Positions 42,085 through 56,099 of a DNA stretch of 64,000 nt are shown piece after piece. Within the stretch, counting starts at the first letter, position 1. Every line of letters begins with the position of its first letter. A program made the position numbers and the translations under genes. The notes under the pieces were generated by a model. It searched no databases and was not told the DNA's origin. It worked only from the letters and a program-made list of their open reading frames with translations. The DNA is from the human T2T-CHM13v2.0 reference genome, Homo sapiens, in assembly GCF_009914755.1 (NCBI RefSeq), contig NC_060930.1; one strand, 5' to 3'.

Positions 42085-42678
42085 TTTTGTGTTGTCAATT
42101 AACAACTTATGGTATAAATTTGTGGGGTAGAAAGTGACATCATCATAATGGATACAATATGGAATGATTAAAGCCAGATAGTTGACATATCCACCAACTT
42201 CAATACTTAATGATTTTGTGGTGAGAACATTTGAAATTTACTCTCTTAGCAATTTTGAAGTGTACAATAGTCTATTATTAACTATATTCACCATGCTGTG
42301 CAATAGAACTCAAGGAAAAAGAATATACTCCTTGCATCTGAGATTTTGTGCCCTTTCATGATGTGCCCATCATCTCCTCATTCTTCCATCCCACAGCCTC
42401 TGTAACCACCATTTTGCTCCCTGCTTCTATGAGTTTGATTATTTTAGATCCCACATATGAGTGAGAACATATGTTATTTTTCTTTCTGTGCTTAATTTAT
42501 TTCACTAGCATAATGTTCTCCAGTTCCGTCTGCGTTGCCGTCAATTACAGATTGCCTTCATTTTTATGGCTGAATAATATTCCCATGTGTGTATGTACCA
42601 CATTTTCTTTATCCTTCATGTATTGATGGCCACTTAGGTTGAATCCATAACTTGGCTATTGTAAATAGAGCTGCAATT
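42085..42678 (-). mobile_element. L1MA 3' end
   Basis: gtgagaacatttgaaatttactctcttagcaatttt; tttttatggctgaataatattcc. Confidence 0.85.
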
Positions 42679-43094
42679 AATTTTTTAAAATTACATTGCT
42701 GGCTTCTTTGGAAATAGGGAAATCTGAACCATATAGCAACAATTTGCTTCATGATTTGGTCATCTAGGTTTGGGAAAGCACTACCCTGGATGGTCTCCCA
42801 CAATAACCAGTTGATTTGTGGTGTGTTTGTGGAGTGGGTACACATAATTGATATGTTCTCTATGAGCTCCAAGTGTTAACACTCTTGTTTTCCAAAAGTA
42901 ACTTATGTTTATAGATCAGAGACATTCAAGTTGCATGGTTATCATTCTGTTGCAAAAATATAAGACTAGGCCTTTATTGTTACCTGAGTGTAATGCTAAG
43001 CTACTGTCAACCAAAGTGAGTTGAGGGGTACCTGAAAAATATGCATGCATTATTTTTCTCTCAAAAGAAGAGGATCAATCTATTCCAACAACTA

Positions 43095-43174
43095 CTATGT
43101 TGGTGCAAAAGTAATTGCGGTTTTTGCCATTACTTTCAATGGCAAACCCGCAATTACTTTTGCACCAATCTTAA
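43095..43174. mobile_element. MADE1 (Hsmar1-derived MITE), 80-bp palindrome
   Basis: ttggtgcaaaagtaattgcggtttttgccatt...aatggcaaacccgcaattacttttgcaccaa. Confidence 0.95.
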
Positions 43175-43239
43175 ATGAACAAGTACTTCAAATTCCAGAG
43201 TTATGCAACACCTGGCATGGCAAGTCACATAAAGTGTAG

Positions 43240-43495
43240 TAATGACAAAAACCACCATTTACGGAGCATATATAGTGCATCCAGGCATTGCATTTCATGC
43301 TTTATCTACATTTTCTTATTTAATCTCCATAATAAACATATGTGGCCTAAGTTATTACTGTCACTCGACAGCAAAGAACCTGGGGCTCAGGCAGAGATTT
43401 GGCAACTTGCCTGAGGTTTCCAAACTGGTAAACGGGCAAAGCTGGAATTCAATTCTAGGTCTGTTTGACACCAGAATCTGAGTTCTCAGTTACTG
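43240..43495 (-). mobile_element. MIR
   Basis: cttatttaatctccataataa...gggctcaggcagagatttggcaacttgcctgaggt...gctggaattcaattctaggtctg. Confidence 0.7.
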
Positions 43496-43585
43496 GACTA
43501 TTCCATTTACGAAATCAAAGGTCTCAACACAAAACTATACTGCACACAAACAAACTATACTCGTACATATGCATACACTCATCTA

Positions 43586-44036
43586 CTGTTGATGCTTGAA
43601 TAATGTGAGGCTTAGGGACACTGCTCCCCAACACAGTGAGAAACACCAGTATAACTTTTGACTTCCCCATAAACTTAACTACTAATTGCCTAATATTGAC
43701 CAGAAATCTTACCAATACCATAAAACAGTCGATTAACACACACATTGTATGTTATATGTATTACATTCTGTATTCCCATAAGAAAGTAAGCTAGAGAAAA
43801 GAAAATGTTATTAAGCAAATTGTAAGGAAGAGAAAATATATTTACCATTCATTAAGTGGAAGTGGATCATCGTAAAGTTCTTCATCCTCGTCATCTTCAC
43901 GTTGAGTTGGGAGAGGAGGGGTGAGGGAAGGGGTTCATCTTGCTGTCTCAGGAGTGGCAGAGGTGGAAGAAAATCCATGTATCCATGTATAAGTGGACCT
44001 CTGCAGTTCAAACCCATATTGCTCAAGGGTAAACTG
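43586..44036 (-). mobile_element. Tigger2a (MER28)-like element
   Basis: TIR-like ends ctgttgatgcttgaa...tcaagggtaaactg flanked by TA; aagtggaagtggatcatc internal motif. Confidence 0.85.
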
Positions 44037-44398
44037 TATATACACAATACACATACACACACAATAGATATTCTGTGCCCAATATTTTAACAATTATGAC
44101 AAACACATCTTGTCTGAAGTCTTTTTCAGAGCTGTGTTTGATGAGATATTGTGAAGTAAGTGGATTTACTGGATTCTAGCTACAAAGAGCTTGACAATCT
44201 ACAGGACCATAATAATGGGAAAAGGTCAAACTGTTTAGAAGACAGTATTGAGAAAGCTGATTCATTGTATTGAGAATAATAAAAATACCTATAGAAATGC
44301 AGATTAAAATAATAATGATACAACACTTAACAGCTATTCTATTGGCAATATTAGAAAGCTGGAAAAAGCCGAGTGTTGGTAAGCATGTGGAAATACAG

Positions 44399-44577
44399 CA
44401 GCGGTTCTCAGCCTTATTTGCAAATTAGAATCGCCCAGGGAACTTTAAATAATACTGCTGTGTCTATTCTGCTCCCAGAAAGTCTGGCTTAATGAGCCTG
44501 GTTTATAGCCTAGGTGACTGGATTTTTAAAATCTCCCCAAGTGAGCCTAACATGCAGCCAGGCTTTAGCACCACCAA
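44399..44577. mobile_element. MER5A hAT-Charlie, inserted in an old L1ME fragment
   Basis: cagcggttctcagc...attagaatcgcccaggga...ccccaagtgagcctaacatgcagccagg. Confidence 0.75.
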
Positions 44578-44819
44578 GATAGAAAAGCTGTCATGGTTAC
44601 CAGTGCCCTTGTAGCCATTCTCGAGAACAACTGGCTGTACTTGAATTATATTTACGTATACCACATGATCCAACAATCTTGATCCTGAAGATACATCCCA
44701 GAGGAATTCTCACAATGATCCCGAAAATACATGTGTATACAAGGATGTTCATCCTATTGTTACTCACAGTAACAGGACTGCAGACAATCTGTTTGTCCAT
44801 CAAGGGGGTGAATAAATGG

Positions 44820-45690
44820 CCAAGTGGACAATTTAGGCAGGAGGCTGGATACAAGAGCCTGGCATACAGGGGAGATGTCTGGGTATAAGTTAGAGGGTCA
44901 CCAACCTATAGATGACATTTAAAGTCACAAGACCTAATGAGATCACTTAGAATGTAGATGGGTAGATGAGGCAAAGGCCAAATCTTAGATATTCCTACAT
45001 GTATGGATATGGTATAGAAAGAAGGAGCCAGCAGAGGAGATGAAGATGGAGTGGCTGGTGAAGAGGAGGAAGACAGGTGGAAATGCAGTGTCAGGAGAAC
45101 CCTGACAATTGAGGAGTGGTCATCTCTGTCACCTGATGCTGAGAAGTCAAGCAAACTCTGACTCTGGTGAGAAATAGATTTTGGCGATCTTGATAAGAGC
45201 TGTTTCAGTTTCATGGTGGGGACGAAGGGCCAATTAAAATAGATTTTTGAAGAGAATGGGAGGTAGGGAAGAGAAAGGAGTGAGTGTAGTGAGTCCTTTT
45301 GGGGAATTTTGTATGAGCATAAAAGAAAAGTGGGATGATATCCCAAAATCTAGAGGGAGATGTGGGGCAGGGTGAGTGTTGCTTTAAAAGATGGTTAGTA
45401 TGAATATGTGGCTGACCGTCCTGGGGAAGGATCTAGTAAAGATGATTTGATTGATGTTGCAGGAGAAAAAGGAAGCAAGGTCATGGGGGAAGTGCAAGGA
45501 AGTGGATTCCAGGCACACATTTAGGGCAGGGGATGTGGCAGAAGATGCAAGTCTGTTGGTGGAATTGGGGATGAGAAATGTTTCTTTTTTTCCGTAAGTA
45601 TGAAATACAGCCATCAGCCGAAAATGAGAGGTGTAGGAGATGTTGGAGATTGGATAAGAGAAGAAGTTGTGAAACAGTCACTTAATTTAC
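44820..45690 (-). mobile_element. L2 fragment
   Basis: tagatgacatttaaagtcacaagacctaatgagatcac; gatcttgataagagctgtttcagt; purine-rich antisense L2. Confidence 0.7.
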
Positions 45691-46744
45691 AAGAGAACTG
45701 TTGTTGTTGGCTGGATCATTCCTGTCATGACTGACGTCAGTTTAGATGCTATTTTCCTAAGAAATCTCTTAGCTGCCCTAATAGTCAGAACGTCCCCTAT
45801 CCGAGCCCTTACACATCATGTTGTCATGGATGTTTATTTGCCTCTGTGTTCTTTCTTATCACTTCCTATGACAGAGTTTGGGTTTAGAGTTAGAAACCCA
45901 GTGCCTGGCACAGTGTTCTCCACATATATTTAATTGTTAAGTGAATTGTTGTGCATGTATGGAAAGAGTATGTGTCAACAGAGTGATACCTATTTTAAAG
46001 CATACAGGATTATTTTCAGTGAAGTCTGAAAGTGCCCTCTTGCGGATGCAAGTAAATCAAGGCTAAGTATTTAATATTCAACAATACTATCATCTTGATT
46101 CAAGATTTAAGTATCATTCCTCCTAGAATAATCCCACATATTGTTTTCAAATAATTGTAGCAATAATTGCATATAAACAGATATATACCTTTAAAATTCA
46201 GAGAGCTAGTATTGGGGAAATGACTCACAAGGATGCAATCTTCCCAGTCCAAATTTTCTAGGATAAAATCTCAGCAAAACCAATGCCTCTTAGCATTTTA
46301 AGTCAATGAGATCACATTTAGAGTGAAATGTGTTCAGAAATATATTACCTCGTCCTAAACCTCTATGGGATCCATATACTCTTGATTTAGACTGCAATTT
46401 TTTCCAATAAGCTACATCCGGATTTGGAGGAATACATTTTCATTATATGTACCAGCTAATCCTTTAATAACTGAAACCAGTGTAGGTAGCTGACACTTAG
46501 ATGCCCTCAAAATTACTTTGCTCAAATGTTGGCTGTAAAACTATGTAGCTCTATGCATGAGATATACAGGAAAAAATGTTTTTACAAACCTGGATCTGTC
46601 ATAAACAGTATCTTCAGGCCCTACTCTCTTCACACCAGAGATAATTTTTTAGCTGTTGAAAAATATTCCAAATCACTTTCTAGGTAACGAAGATACAGTA
46701 AATAAAACATTTGTCGTTTGGGGCTTAGAATCATGTGATTATAG

Positions 46745-47362
<618 letters not shown>

Positions 47363-47439
47363 TTATTATCTTTCTTTTAAACAACTATTTATCAAGGTTC
47401 TACCCTGCACCAGGAACTGGGGATATAAAAACAAACAAC

Positions 47440-47531
47440 GACTTGATCGTTACATAGTCTATGCATGTAACAAAATATCACATGTACCCCATAAATATGT
47501 AAAATATTATGTGTCAAAAAATTACAAAAAG
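47440..47531 (+). mobile_element. Very short 5'-truncated L1MA 3' end
   Basis: atgcatgtaacaaaatatcacatgtaccccataaatatgta followed by A-rich tail. Confidence 0.7.
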
Positions 47532-50500
47532 AAATGAAAGACACTGCAGTGGGAGCGAAATTACATGAATGAATAAAACACTGAGTGATAAGCGCCAAAA
47601 GAGATAAGTAAACATTGTCTAAGAGAACAACGGGTTAAGGAATTCATGTTTTTGAGAATAAATGCCAAGAGCTTAGTGGCATGTCAGAAAAGTCTTTAAG
47701 GAGAGAGTCACATTTGAGTTAGACTAGTCAATAAGTAAACTAGATTACAAAAGTTGGTTTAAAGAATTTCAAGGAAAATTTTGATGGGATACAATTGTGT
47801 TGTTTATTTTCCAAATATGTGAAGTTTTTGAAGATATTTTATCATTATCAATTTCTAATTTAATTCTATTATGATTAGAGATCTTGAAATGTATTAAAAC
47901 TTGCTTTACAGTCCAGCATATGGTCTATCTTGGAGAAAGTACATGTTCACCTGTAAATAAAGTGTAGCATGAAGTTGTTGGATGTATTGTACTGTGAAAG
48001 TCAATTATGTCATTGTGGTTCGTAGTGACTTTCAGATCTTCTGAATTTTTTTCTCAGTTGTCAATTACCTAGAGAGGTGGTGTTTAAAATCTCCCTCCAT
48101 GACTGTTGATGTTTCTATTTGTTTCTTTAATTCTGTCAACTTTTACGTCATATATTTTGAAGCTCTGTTATTAAACACATATACTTAACGATTGTTTTAT
48201 CTTCCATATGAATCATTTTGAAATGTCTTTTATCTGTTTTAAAATATCTCTCTTATCTTCGATAACAATCTTTGTCATGAAGTGTACTTTATCTCATATT
48301 AATATGTCCATAGCATCCTCTTCACAATGATTCCATAGTGTATGTTTTTCACCCTTTTACTATCAACCTGTTTCTGTCTTTATATTTAAAGTACTTTAGC
48401 TGCAAATGAAAGGATTGTATTCTTTTTTATGGCTGAATAGTATTTCATTGTGTGTATATACCAAATTTTCTTTATCCACTCATTTGTTGTCGGACACCTA
48501 AATGAATTCCATATCTTGGCTATTTTGAACAGTGCCACAACAAAGATGGGGTGCAGATGACTCTTCAACATATTGATGTCCTTTTTTTTGGAAAAATTCC
48601 TAGTAGTGGAATTGCTGGGTCATATGGTAGTTCTATTTGTAGATTTTTGAGGAACCTCCATACTGTCATCCACAGTGGCTCTACTAGTTTACATTCCCAA
48701 GAACAGCCTTTATTGTGCCGGGGGCACTTTCCTTCTATATCCAATTTATTAAGAGGTGTTATAAAGGAATATTAAATTTTGTCAAATGCTTTTTCTGCAC
48801 GTATTGATATGATGATTTGGTTTTTGTCCTTCATTCTGTTGATGTAATGTATTATGTCTATTGACATGCTTGTGCTGAATCATTCTTGTATTCCTGGGAT
48901 AAATCCCATTCAATCCTGGTATATTAACTTTTTGATTGCTGTTGAATTTGTTTGCTAGTATTTGTTGAGGATTTGTGTGTCTATGTTCATCAGGAATATT
49001 TGCTTATAGTTTCTTTTTGTGTTGTGTCCTTGTCTGGTTTTGGTATCAGTGTTACCCTGGCCCTGTAAAATGAGTTTGAAAAAATTCCCTTCACTTCAAT
49101 TTTTGGGATATTCTGAGAAGAATTGGTATTAATTCTTTTTTGAAGGTTTGATAGAATTCGGTAGTGAAGCCATTGGTCCTGAATTTTCCTTTGTTGGGAG
49201 ACATTTTATTAATGATTTAATCTAGTGACTTGTTATTATTCTGGTTAGGTTTTATGTTTCTTTCGGAATCAATCTTAGTGGGTTTTATTTCTCCAGAAAT
49301 TCATACATTTTCTCTAGGTTTTTCAAAGTTATTGTTGTATAGTTGTTCATAATAGTCTCTAATAATCTTTTGTATTTCTGTGGTATCTGTTGTGATATCT
49401 GCTTTATTATTTCTCATTTTATTTATTTGGGCCTTTTTTTTCTTATTCTAGCTAATTGTTCATCAATTTCGTTTATCTTTTCAAAAAATCAACTTTTTAT
49501 TGATTTTTGTGTTTTACCAGACTCAATTTCATTTATCTCTGTTTTGATATTTATTTCTTTTCTTCTACTAACTTGGGATTTGGCATGTTCTTACTTTTCT
49601 AGTTTCTTAAGTTGCATTGTTACATTATTTATTTAAAATCTTTTTAGTTTTTTTGATATAGACATTTATTGCTGTAAACTTGCCTCTAGATACTGCTTTT
49701 CCTGTGTCCCATAAGCTTTGATATGTTGTGTTTCCGTTTTTATTTCTTTCAAAAAATTTACATTTTATTCTTAATTTATTTCTTTATCCATTCATCATTC
49801 AGGAGCATGTTGTTTACTACATAATTTCTATATATTTGTATATTATTGAATATTCCTATCGTTATTGATTTCTAGTTTTATTCTATTGTGATCAGGTAAG
49901 ACCCTTGTTAGGATTCTGGTTTTTAAAAAGATGTTTTGAGGCTTGTTTTGTGTCCTTAACATATAGTCAGTCCTGGAGAATGTTACATGTGCTGTAAATT
50001 CCCCTTAAATCTTATAAAATTTCCTGTTTATATCTGTGTGTTCTGGTGTTGGGTGCATATATAATAGTTGTTATATTATCTTGCTGAATTAGTACATTTG
50101 TTATTATATAATGTCCTTCTTTGTCTCCTTTTATAGCTTTTGATTTGAATTCTGTTTTGTCTAATATAAATATAGCTGTTCCTGCTCACTTTTGCTTTAG
50201 TTTGCATGGACTATCTTTTTCTTTCCCTTCATGTTCAACCTACCTATGTGTGTCTTTACAGGTTAGGTGAGTTTATTTTGGCAGCATATAGTTGGGTCCT
50301 CTTTTTTGAATCCATTCAGCCAGTCTATATCTTTTAAATGGGGAATTTAATTTACTTATATCTAGGGTTATTATTGATAGGTGAGGACTTACTCCTATCA
50401 TGTTGATTTTTTCTGGTTGTGTTATGTATCTTTTGTTTCTTACTTTCTCTCTTGTTTATTTTTGTTGTTGGTTGTTTTCTGTAGTGATAAAGTTTGATTC

Positions 50501-51104
50501 CTTTCTTTCTCCTTTGTGTCTCAGACTACCAGTGAGTTTTATAGTTTCATATGGTTTTGTGATGGTGGTTGCTGTCTTTTCATTTCCAGATGTAAGACTC
50601 ACTTGAAGTTTTCTTGTAAGACCATTCTAGTGGTGATGAATTCTGCTAGTTTTTGTTTGCTGGAAAAAGATGTTATTTCTCTTTCACTTCTGAAGAATAG
50701 CTTTGCTAGGTGTAACATACCTGGCTGGCAGTTTTTTTCTTTCAGTTCTTGAATATGTCATCCCTTTCTCTCCTGGCCAGTAAGGTTTCTGCTGCTAAAT
50801 CTGTTGTTAGTCTTATGAAGATTCCCTTCTATGTGACTTGACACTTTTCTCTTGCTGCTTTGAGAACCCTTTCTATGTCTTTGACTTTTGACAATTTGAA
50901 TATAATGTGGTTGGTAGAAGATTTGCTTGGGTTGAATCTACCTGGGGTTCTTTGAGCTTCCTGGACCTGGATGTTCATCTCTCTCCCATGACTTGAAGTT
51001 TTCAGCTATTATTTTATTAAATATGTTTTCTGCATTTTTTCTTCTCTTCTCCTTCTGTAATGCCCATACAGCAAATATTTGCTTAATGGTGTCCCATAAA
51101 TCCT

Positions 51105-51403
51105 GTAGATTCTCTTCATTTTCTTCTTTCTTTCTTTCTTTTCCTTTCTTTTTCTTCTTTCTTTTCCTTTCTTTTTCTCCTTCCTTCCTTCTGTCCTTTC
51201 TCTTTCTCTTTCTTTCTTTCTCTCTTTCTCTCTCTCTTTCTTTCTTTTTCTTTCCTTCTTTCTTTCTGCCTGTCTCTCTCTCATTCCCTTTCTCTCTCCT
51301 CCTTCCCTTCCCTTCCCTCCCCTTCCCTTCCTTTCCCTCCCCCTCCCTCCCCTTCCCTTCCCCTCCCTCCCCTTCCCTTTCCCCTTCCCTTCCCTTCCTT
51401 TTC
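51105..51403. repeat. (CTTT)/(CCCTT)n polypyrimidine tract
   Basis: Visible directly. Confidence 0.93.
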
Positions 51404-53500
51404 CTGTATTACAAATCACCTGTCTTCAAATTCAGAAATTCTTTCTTTTGCTTGGTCTAGTCTGTTATCAAAGCTATCTATTATATATTTTTTATTTCAT
51501 TCATTGATTCTTTCAGCTATATGATTTCTGTTAGGTTCTTTTAAATCATATTTATCTCATTACTGAATTTCTCATTTAAATAGTGAATTATTTTCCTGAT
51601 TTCATTTAATTGTCTATCTGTATTATCTTGTATTTCACCAAGTTAAGATTATTATTTTGAATTCTTTTTCTGGAATTTCACATATTTTCTTATGATTAGG
51701 GTCTGTTCTAGAGAATTGTGTTCCTTTGGAAGTGTCATGTTTTCTTGCTTTTGTATGCTTGATGTGTCTCTGTGATGATTTCTATACATCAGGTGGAAAA
51801 ATCACCGCTTTCAATTTTATAAAGTAGATTTCCTAGGAAAAGATTTACTTGTATGAATAGATCTTGGATGTCAGTTTGATGGGCTATGTTGGGTTTGGCT
51901 GTAGGTGAATGCAATAGCGTTGTCTTTGTGTAGTTTCTTTAGCTATAATTCATGTTAGTGATGTTTGTGAGTGATCCAGTGGTGTAGGCTGAGACAGTTT
52001 GGTGCAGCTTTGCTGGAGTTGGGCTTTCTAGGCAGTTTTAAAGGTTGGGGGCATGTGCATGCACATCATGAGTCTGCCAACTTGAGGTTAGGATTAAGAG
52101 GATAGGTCTATTACTATGGCCAGGAGCATGAGCATGCAGTTAATTGGCCATCCTGGGGCTGTGCTTGTCAGGAGCAGCCTGCTCTGGGCTGTTTCTTGGG
52201 CCCAGAATTCCAGCATACAGTCTCTCAGCAGATCTGGGGGCACGTCTGCTGGGTAGTGGTGCCAGGGAAGTGGCAGGACTATTACTCAGGCCTGGGACCT
52301 GGCTACATGGCTTCTTCACTAGCATGTCTGTGTGTCTGCTGGGGGTTTCCCACATGGCTGCTTCTCAGGCCTGCATGCAGTTACACAGCTGCTTGGTCAA
52401 CCAGCACACCTGGTCAGCTTTCATGTGGTGGATAAGCAGAAAAAAAGCAAAGGAAGCACAAGTCAAACTTCAGAATGAAGCATGAAAGAAATTCAACTAT
52501 AATGGCTATTCCTTCAAAACTAATCTGTCATTTAACATTACATATAATAGATGTGCTTGAATTTATGGCTACCATCTTACTATTTGTTTTTGCTTTCCTA
52601 TATACTTTTTGTTATTCTTTTGTTCCTTTCTTGATATCTTTGGGATTAAATAAGTGCTTTTTAGAACTTTAATTTGTCAGATAGCTTTTAAAAAGGCTAT
52701 ACCTCTTTTGATTATTTTTAGTTTTTGCTGTAGAGATTACAATAAACATTCTTAACTTTTCACAGACCTTTAGAGTCAATATTGCAGTACTTCATGTCAG
52801 ATGTGTGAAACTTGGAAATGCATAAATTCATTTATCCCGTCACTATCCTTTTTGTTAGATTGTTTCACATTTATTACATTTATGCATGAATATCATAATT
52901 CAATGATAAAGTTTTTAAGTAAGTCATATATATTTTAAAGAGATTAAGAGGAAAAGTTGGAATTAATATTTACTCATAGGTTTATCCTTTCTAGCACTCT
53001 TTTTTTTCCCCCAAAATGTAACTTTCCTTCCTTTCACTTCAGCCTGAGTAACTTTATTTTCCATTTGTTTATAGTTCAGGCTGTCACTGATGAGTTCTCC
53101 TAATCCTAATTTATCTTAAAATGTCTTTATTTTTCTTTCATTCATAAAGGACTTTTTGGGGCATACAATTTTGGGTTGACAGCCTCTCCTCTACTTGCCC
53201 CACCATTGTGGATGTAAAGTGGTATTTCTTTGTGGCTTTAGATTGCATTTTCCTAATAACAAATGATATTGAGCATCTTTTGGTGTGCTTTTGGTCATCC
53301 ATATAACTTTTTTTGTTAAATTTCTATTCTAAATGTTTTATTTTTAGCCAATTTTAAGTTGGGTTATTTGTCTTATTATTGAAGTATAAGAGTTATTTAT
53401 ATATTCTGGATACAAGTCTCTTCTCAGATATATAGTTTGCAAATATTTCTCCCAGTCTGTGGCTTTCTTTTCTTTCTTAATAGTACTTTTTAAAGTGCAA

Positions 53501-55329
53501 TCTTTTTTTTGTTTTTATTTTACTTTAAGTTCCAGGATACAAGTACAGAATGGGTAGGTTTGTTACATAGGTATACCTGTGCCATGGTGGTTTGCTGCAC
53601 CTATCAACCCATCATCTAGGTTTTAAGCCCCGCATGCACTGGCTATTTCTCCTAATGCTCTCCTTCCCCTCGCCCCCTACTCCTGACTGGCCCCGCTGTG
53701 TGTTGTTCCCCTCCCTGTGTCCATGTGTTCTCATTGTTCAACTCCCACTTATGAGTGAGAATATGCAGTGTTTGGTTTTCTGTTCCTATGTTAGTTTGCT
53801 GAGGATGATGGCTTTCAGCTTCATCCATGTCCCTGCAAAGGACATGATCTGATTCCTTTTTATGGCTGCATAGTATTCCATGGTGTATATGTACCAAATT
53901 TTCTTTATCCAGTCTATCATTGATGGGTATTTTGGTTGGTTCCAAGTCTTTGCTATTGTAAATAGCACTGCAATAAAGATATGTATGCATGTGTCTTTAT
54001 AGTAGAATGATTTATATTCCTTTGGGTACATACCCAATAATGGGATTGCTGGGTCAAATGGTATTTCTGGTTCTAGATCTTTGAGGAATCACCACACTGT
54101 CTTCCACTAATTTACATTCCCACAAATAGTGTAAAAGCCTTCCTATTTCTCCACAGCCTCACCAGCATCTGTTGTTTCTTGACTTTTTAATAATCACCAT
54201 ACTGACTAGCATAAGATGGTATCTCAATATGCTTTTGATTTGCATTTATTTAATGATCAGTGATGTTGAGCTTTTTTTATGTTTGTTGGCTGCATAAATG
54301 TCCTCCTTTGAAAAGTATCTGTTTATATCCTTTGCCCACTTTTTGATGGCATTGTTTGTTTTTTTCTTGTAAATTTGTTTAAGTTCCTTGTGGATTCTGG
54401 ATATTAGACCTTTGTCAGATGGGTAGATTGCAAAAATTTTCCTCCCATTCTATATGCTGCCTGTTCTCTGATGATAGTTATTTTTTTGCTGTGCAGAAGC
54501 TCTTTAGTTTAATTAGATCCCATTTGTCAATTTTGGTTTTGTTGCAATTGCTTTTGGCATTTTCGTCATGAAGTCTTTGACTGTGCCTATGTCCTGAATG
54601 GTATTGCCTAGGTTTTATTCTAGGGTTTTTATGGTTTTGGATTTTATATTTAAGTCTTTAATCCATCTTGAGTTAATTGTTGTATAAGATCTAAGGAAGG
54701 GGTCCAGTCTGTGTTTTCTGCATATGGCTTGCCAGTTTTCCCAGCACCATTGATTAAAAAGGGAATCCTTTCCCTATTGCTTGTTTTTGTCAGGTTTGCC
54801 GAAGATCAGATGTTTGTAGATGTGTGGTGTTATTTCTGAGGTCTCTGTTCTGTTCCATTGGTCTATGTGTCTGTTTTGGTACCAGTAGCATGCTGTTTTG
54901 CTTACTGTGGCCTTGTAATATAGTTTGAAGTCAGGTAGTGTGGTGCCTCCAGCTTTGTTCTTTTTGCTTAGCATTGTCTTGGCTATACAGGCTCTTTTTT
55001 GGTTCCATACGAAATTGAAAGTATTTTTTTCTAATTCTATGAAGAATGTCAATGGTAGTTTGATGGGAATAGCACTGAATCTACAAATTACTTTGAACAG
55101 GATTGCCATTTTCACAATGCCAATTCTTCCTATCCATGAGGATGGTCCATTTGTTTGTAATCTCTCATTTCCTTGAGCAGTGGTTTGTAGTTCTCCTTGA
55201 AGAGGTCCTTCACATCCCTTGTTAGCTGTATTCCTAGGTATTTTACTCTCTTTGTAGCAATTGTGAATGGGATTCCATTCGCGATTTGGCTCTCTGCATG
55301 TCTTATTGTTGTACAGGAATGCTTGTGAC
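53501..55329 (-). mobile_element. 5'-truncated L1PA nested in older L1
   Basis: ttttattttactttaagttc 3' end; ORF2 peptides in ORFs 53786..54037 and 54774..55331; TSD core AAAGTGCAA at 53492-53500 and 55330-55338. Confidence 0.93.
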
Positions 55330-56099
55330 AAAGTGCAAAAGTTTTAATGTGTGATTTTGCAATAGTTTTCTTTTATTGGTTACAATTAGGGTGTCATATC
55401 TAAGATATTTTGCCTAACTCTAGGTCATGAAGAATTATGCTCTTTTTTTTCCTAAGACTATAAGCTCTCATATTTAGTTATATGATCCATTTAAGTTAAT
55501 TTGTGTGTAATGCATTAGGTAAGGCTCTAAAATATTTTCTTGTTTGCATGCATATAGATATACAATTGCCTCAGTATCATTTATTGAATAGACTATCCTT
55601 TCTTCATTGAATTGTTTTCGTATATTTGTTGAAAGTCAATTGACCATAAGAGTAAGGGTTTATTCCTGAACACTTAATTCTATTCCACTGGCATAGACGT
55701 TCATTGTTATGTAAGTACTCCACTCTCTTGATTATTTTAACTTTTTAGTAAAATAATCAGGAATGGACTTAAAGTCCTCCAAATTTGTTCTTTTTTTGGT
55801 TCTTTCAAAAAACAGCTTCTATTCCTCATCTGGTATTTCCTATTCATTTATCATGATTGTATTTTTCTTTATGTTCTTGAGCATAATTATATTACTGCCT
55901 TAAAACTCTTGTCTGCTAATTCCAGCATCTCCGTGTTGGTCTACATGATTTCCTTTTCTCTTGTGTATGAGTCCCATTTTCTGTTTCTTTGTTTGTTAGC
56001 TAATTTTGAACTATAGTCTGGACATTGTGCATGCTATATTATAGAAACTCTGGATTCTGTTATTATTGTTCAGTTTCGAAGATTATCATGCAATTAGTG

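Larger units (their letters stand above)
47790..56050 (-). mobile_element. Cluster of nested/fragmented antisense L1 elements (old L1M, L1MA-like ~48396-52430, L1MB-like, L1PA)
   Basis: Continuous T-rich antisense L1 motifs; minus-strand ORFs give ORF2 peptides (WIKKIWYIHTMKYYSAIKK). Confidence 0.85.
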
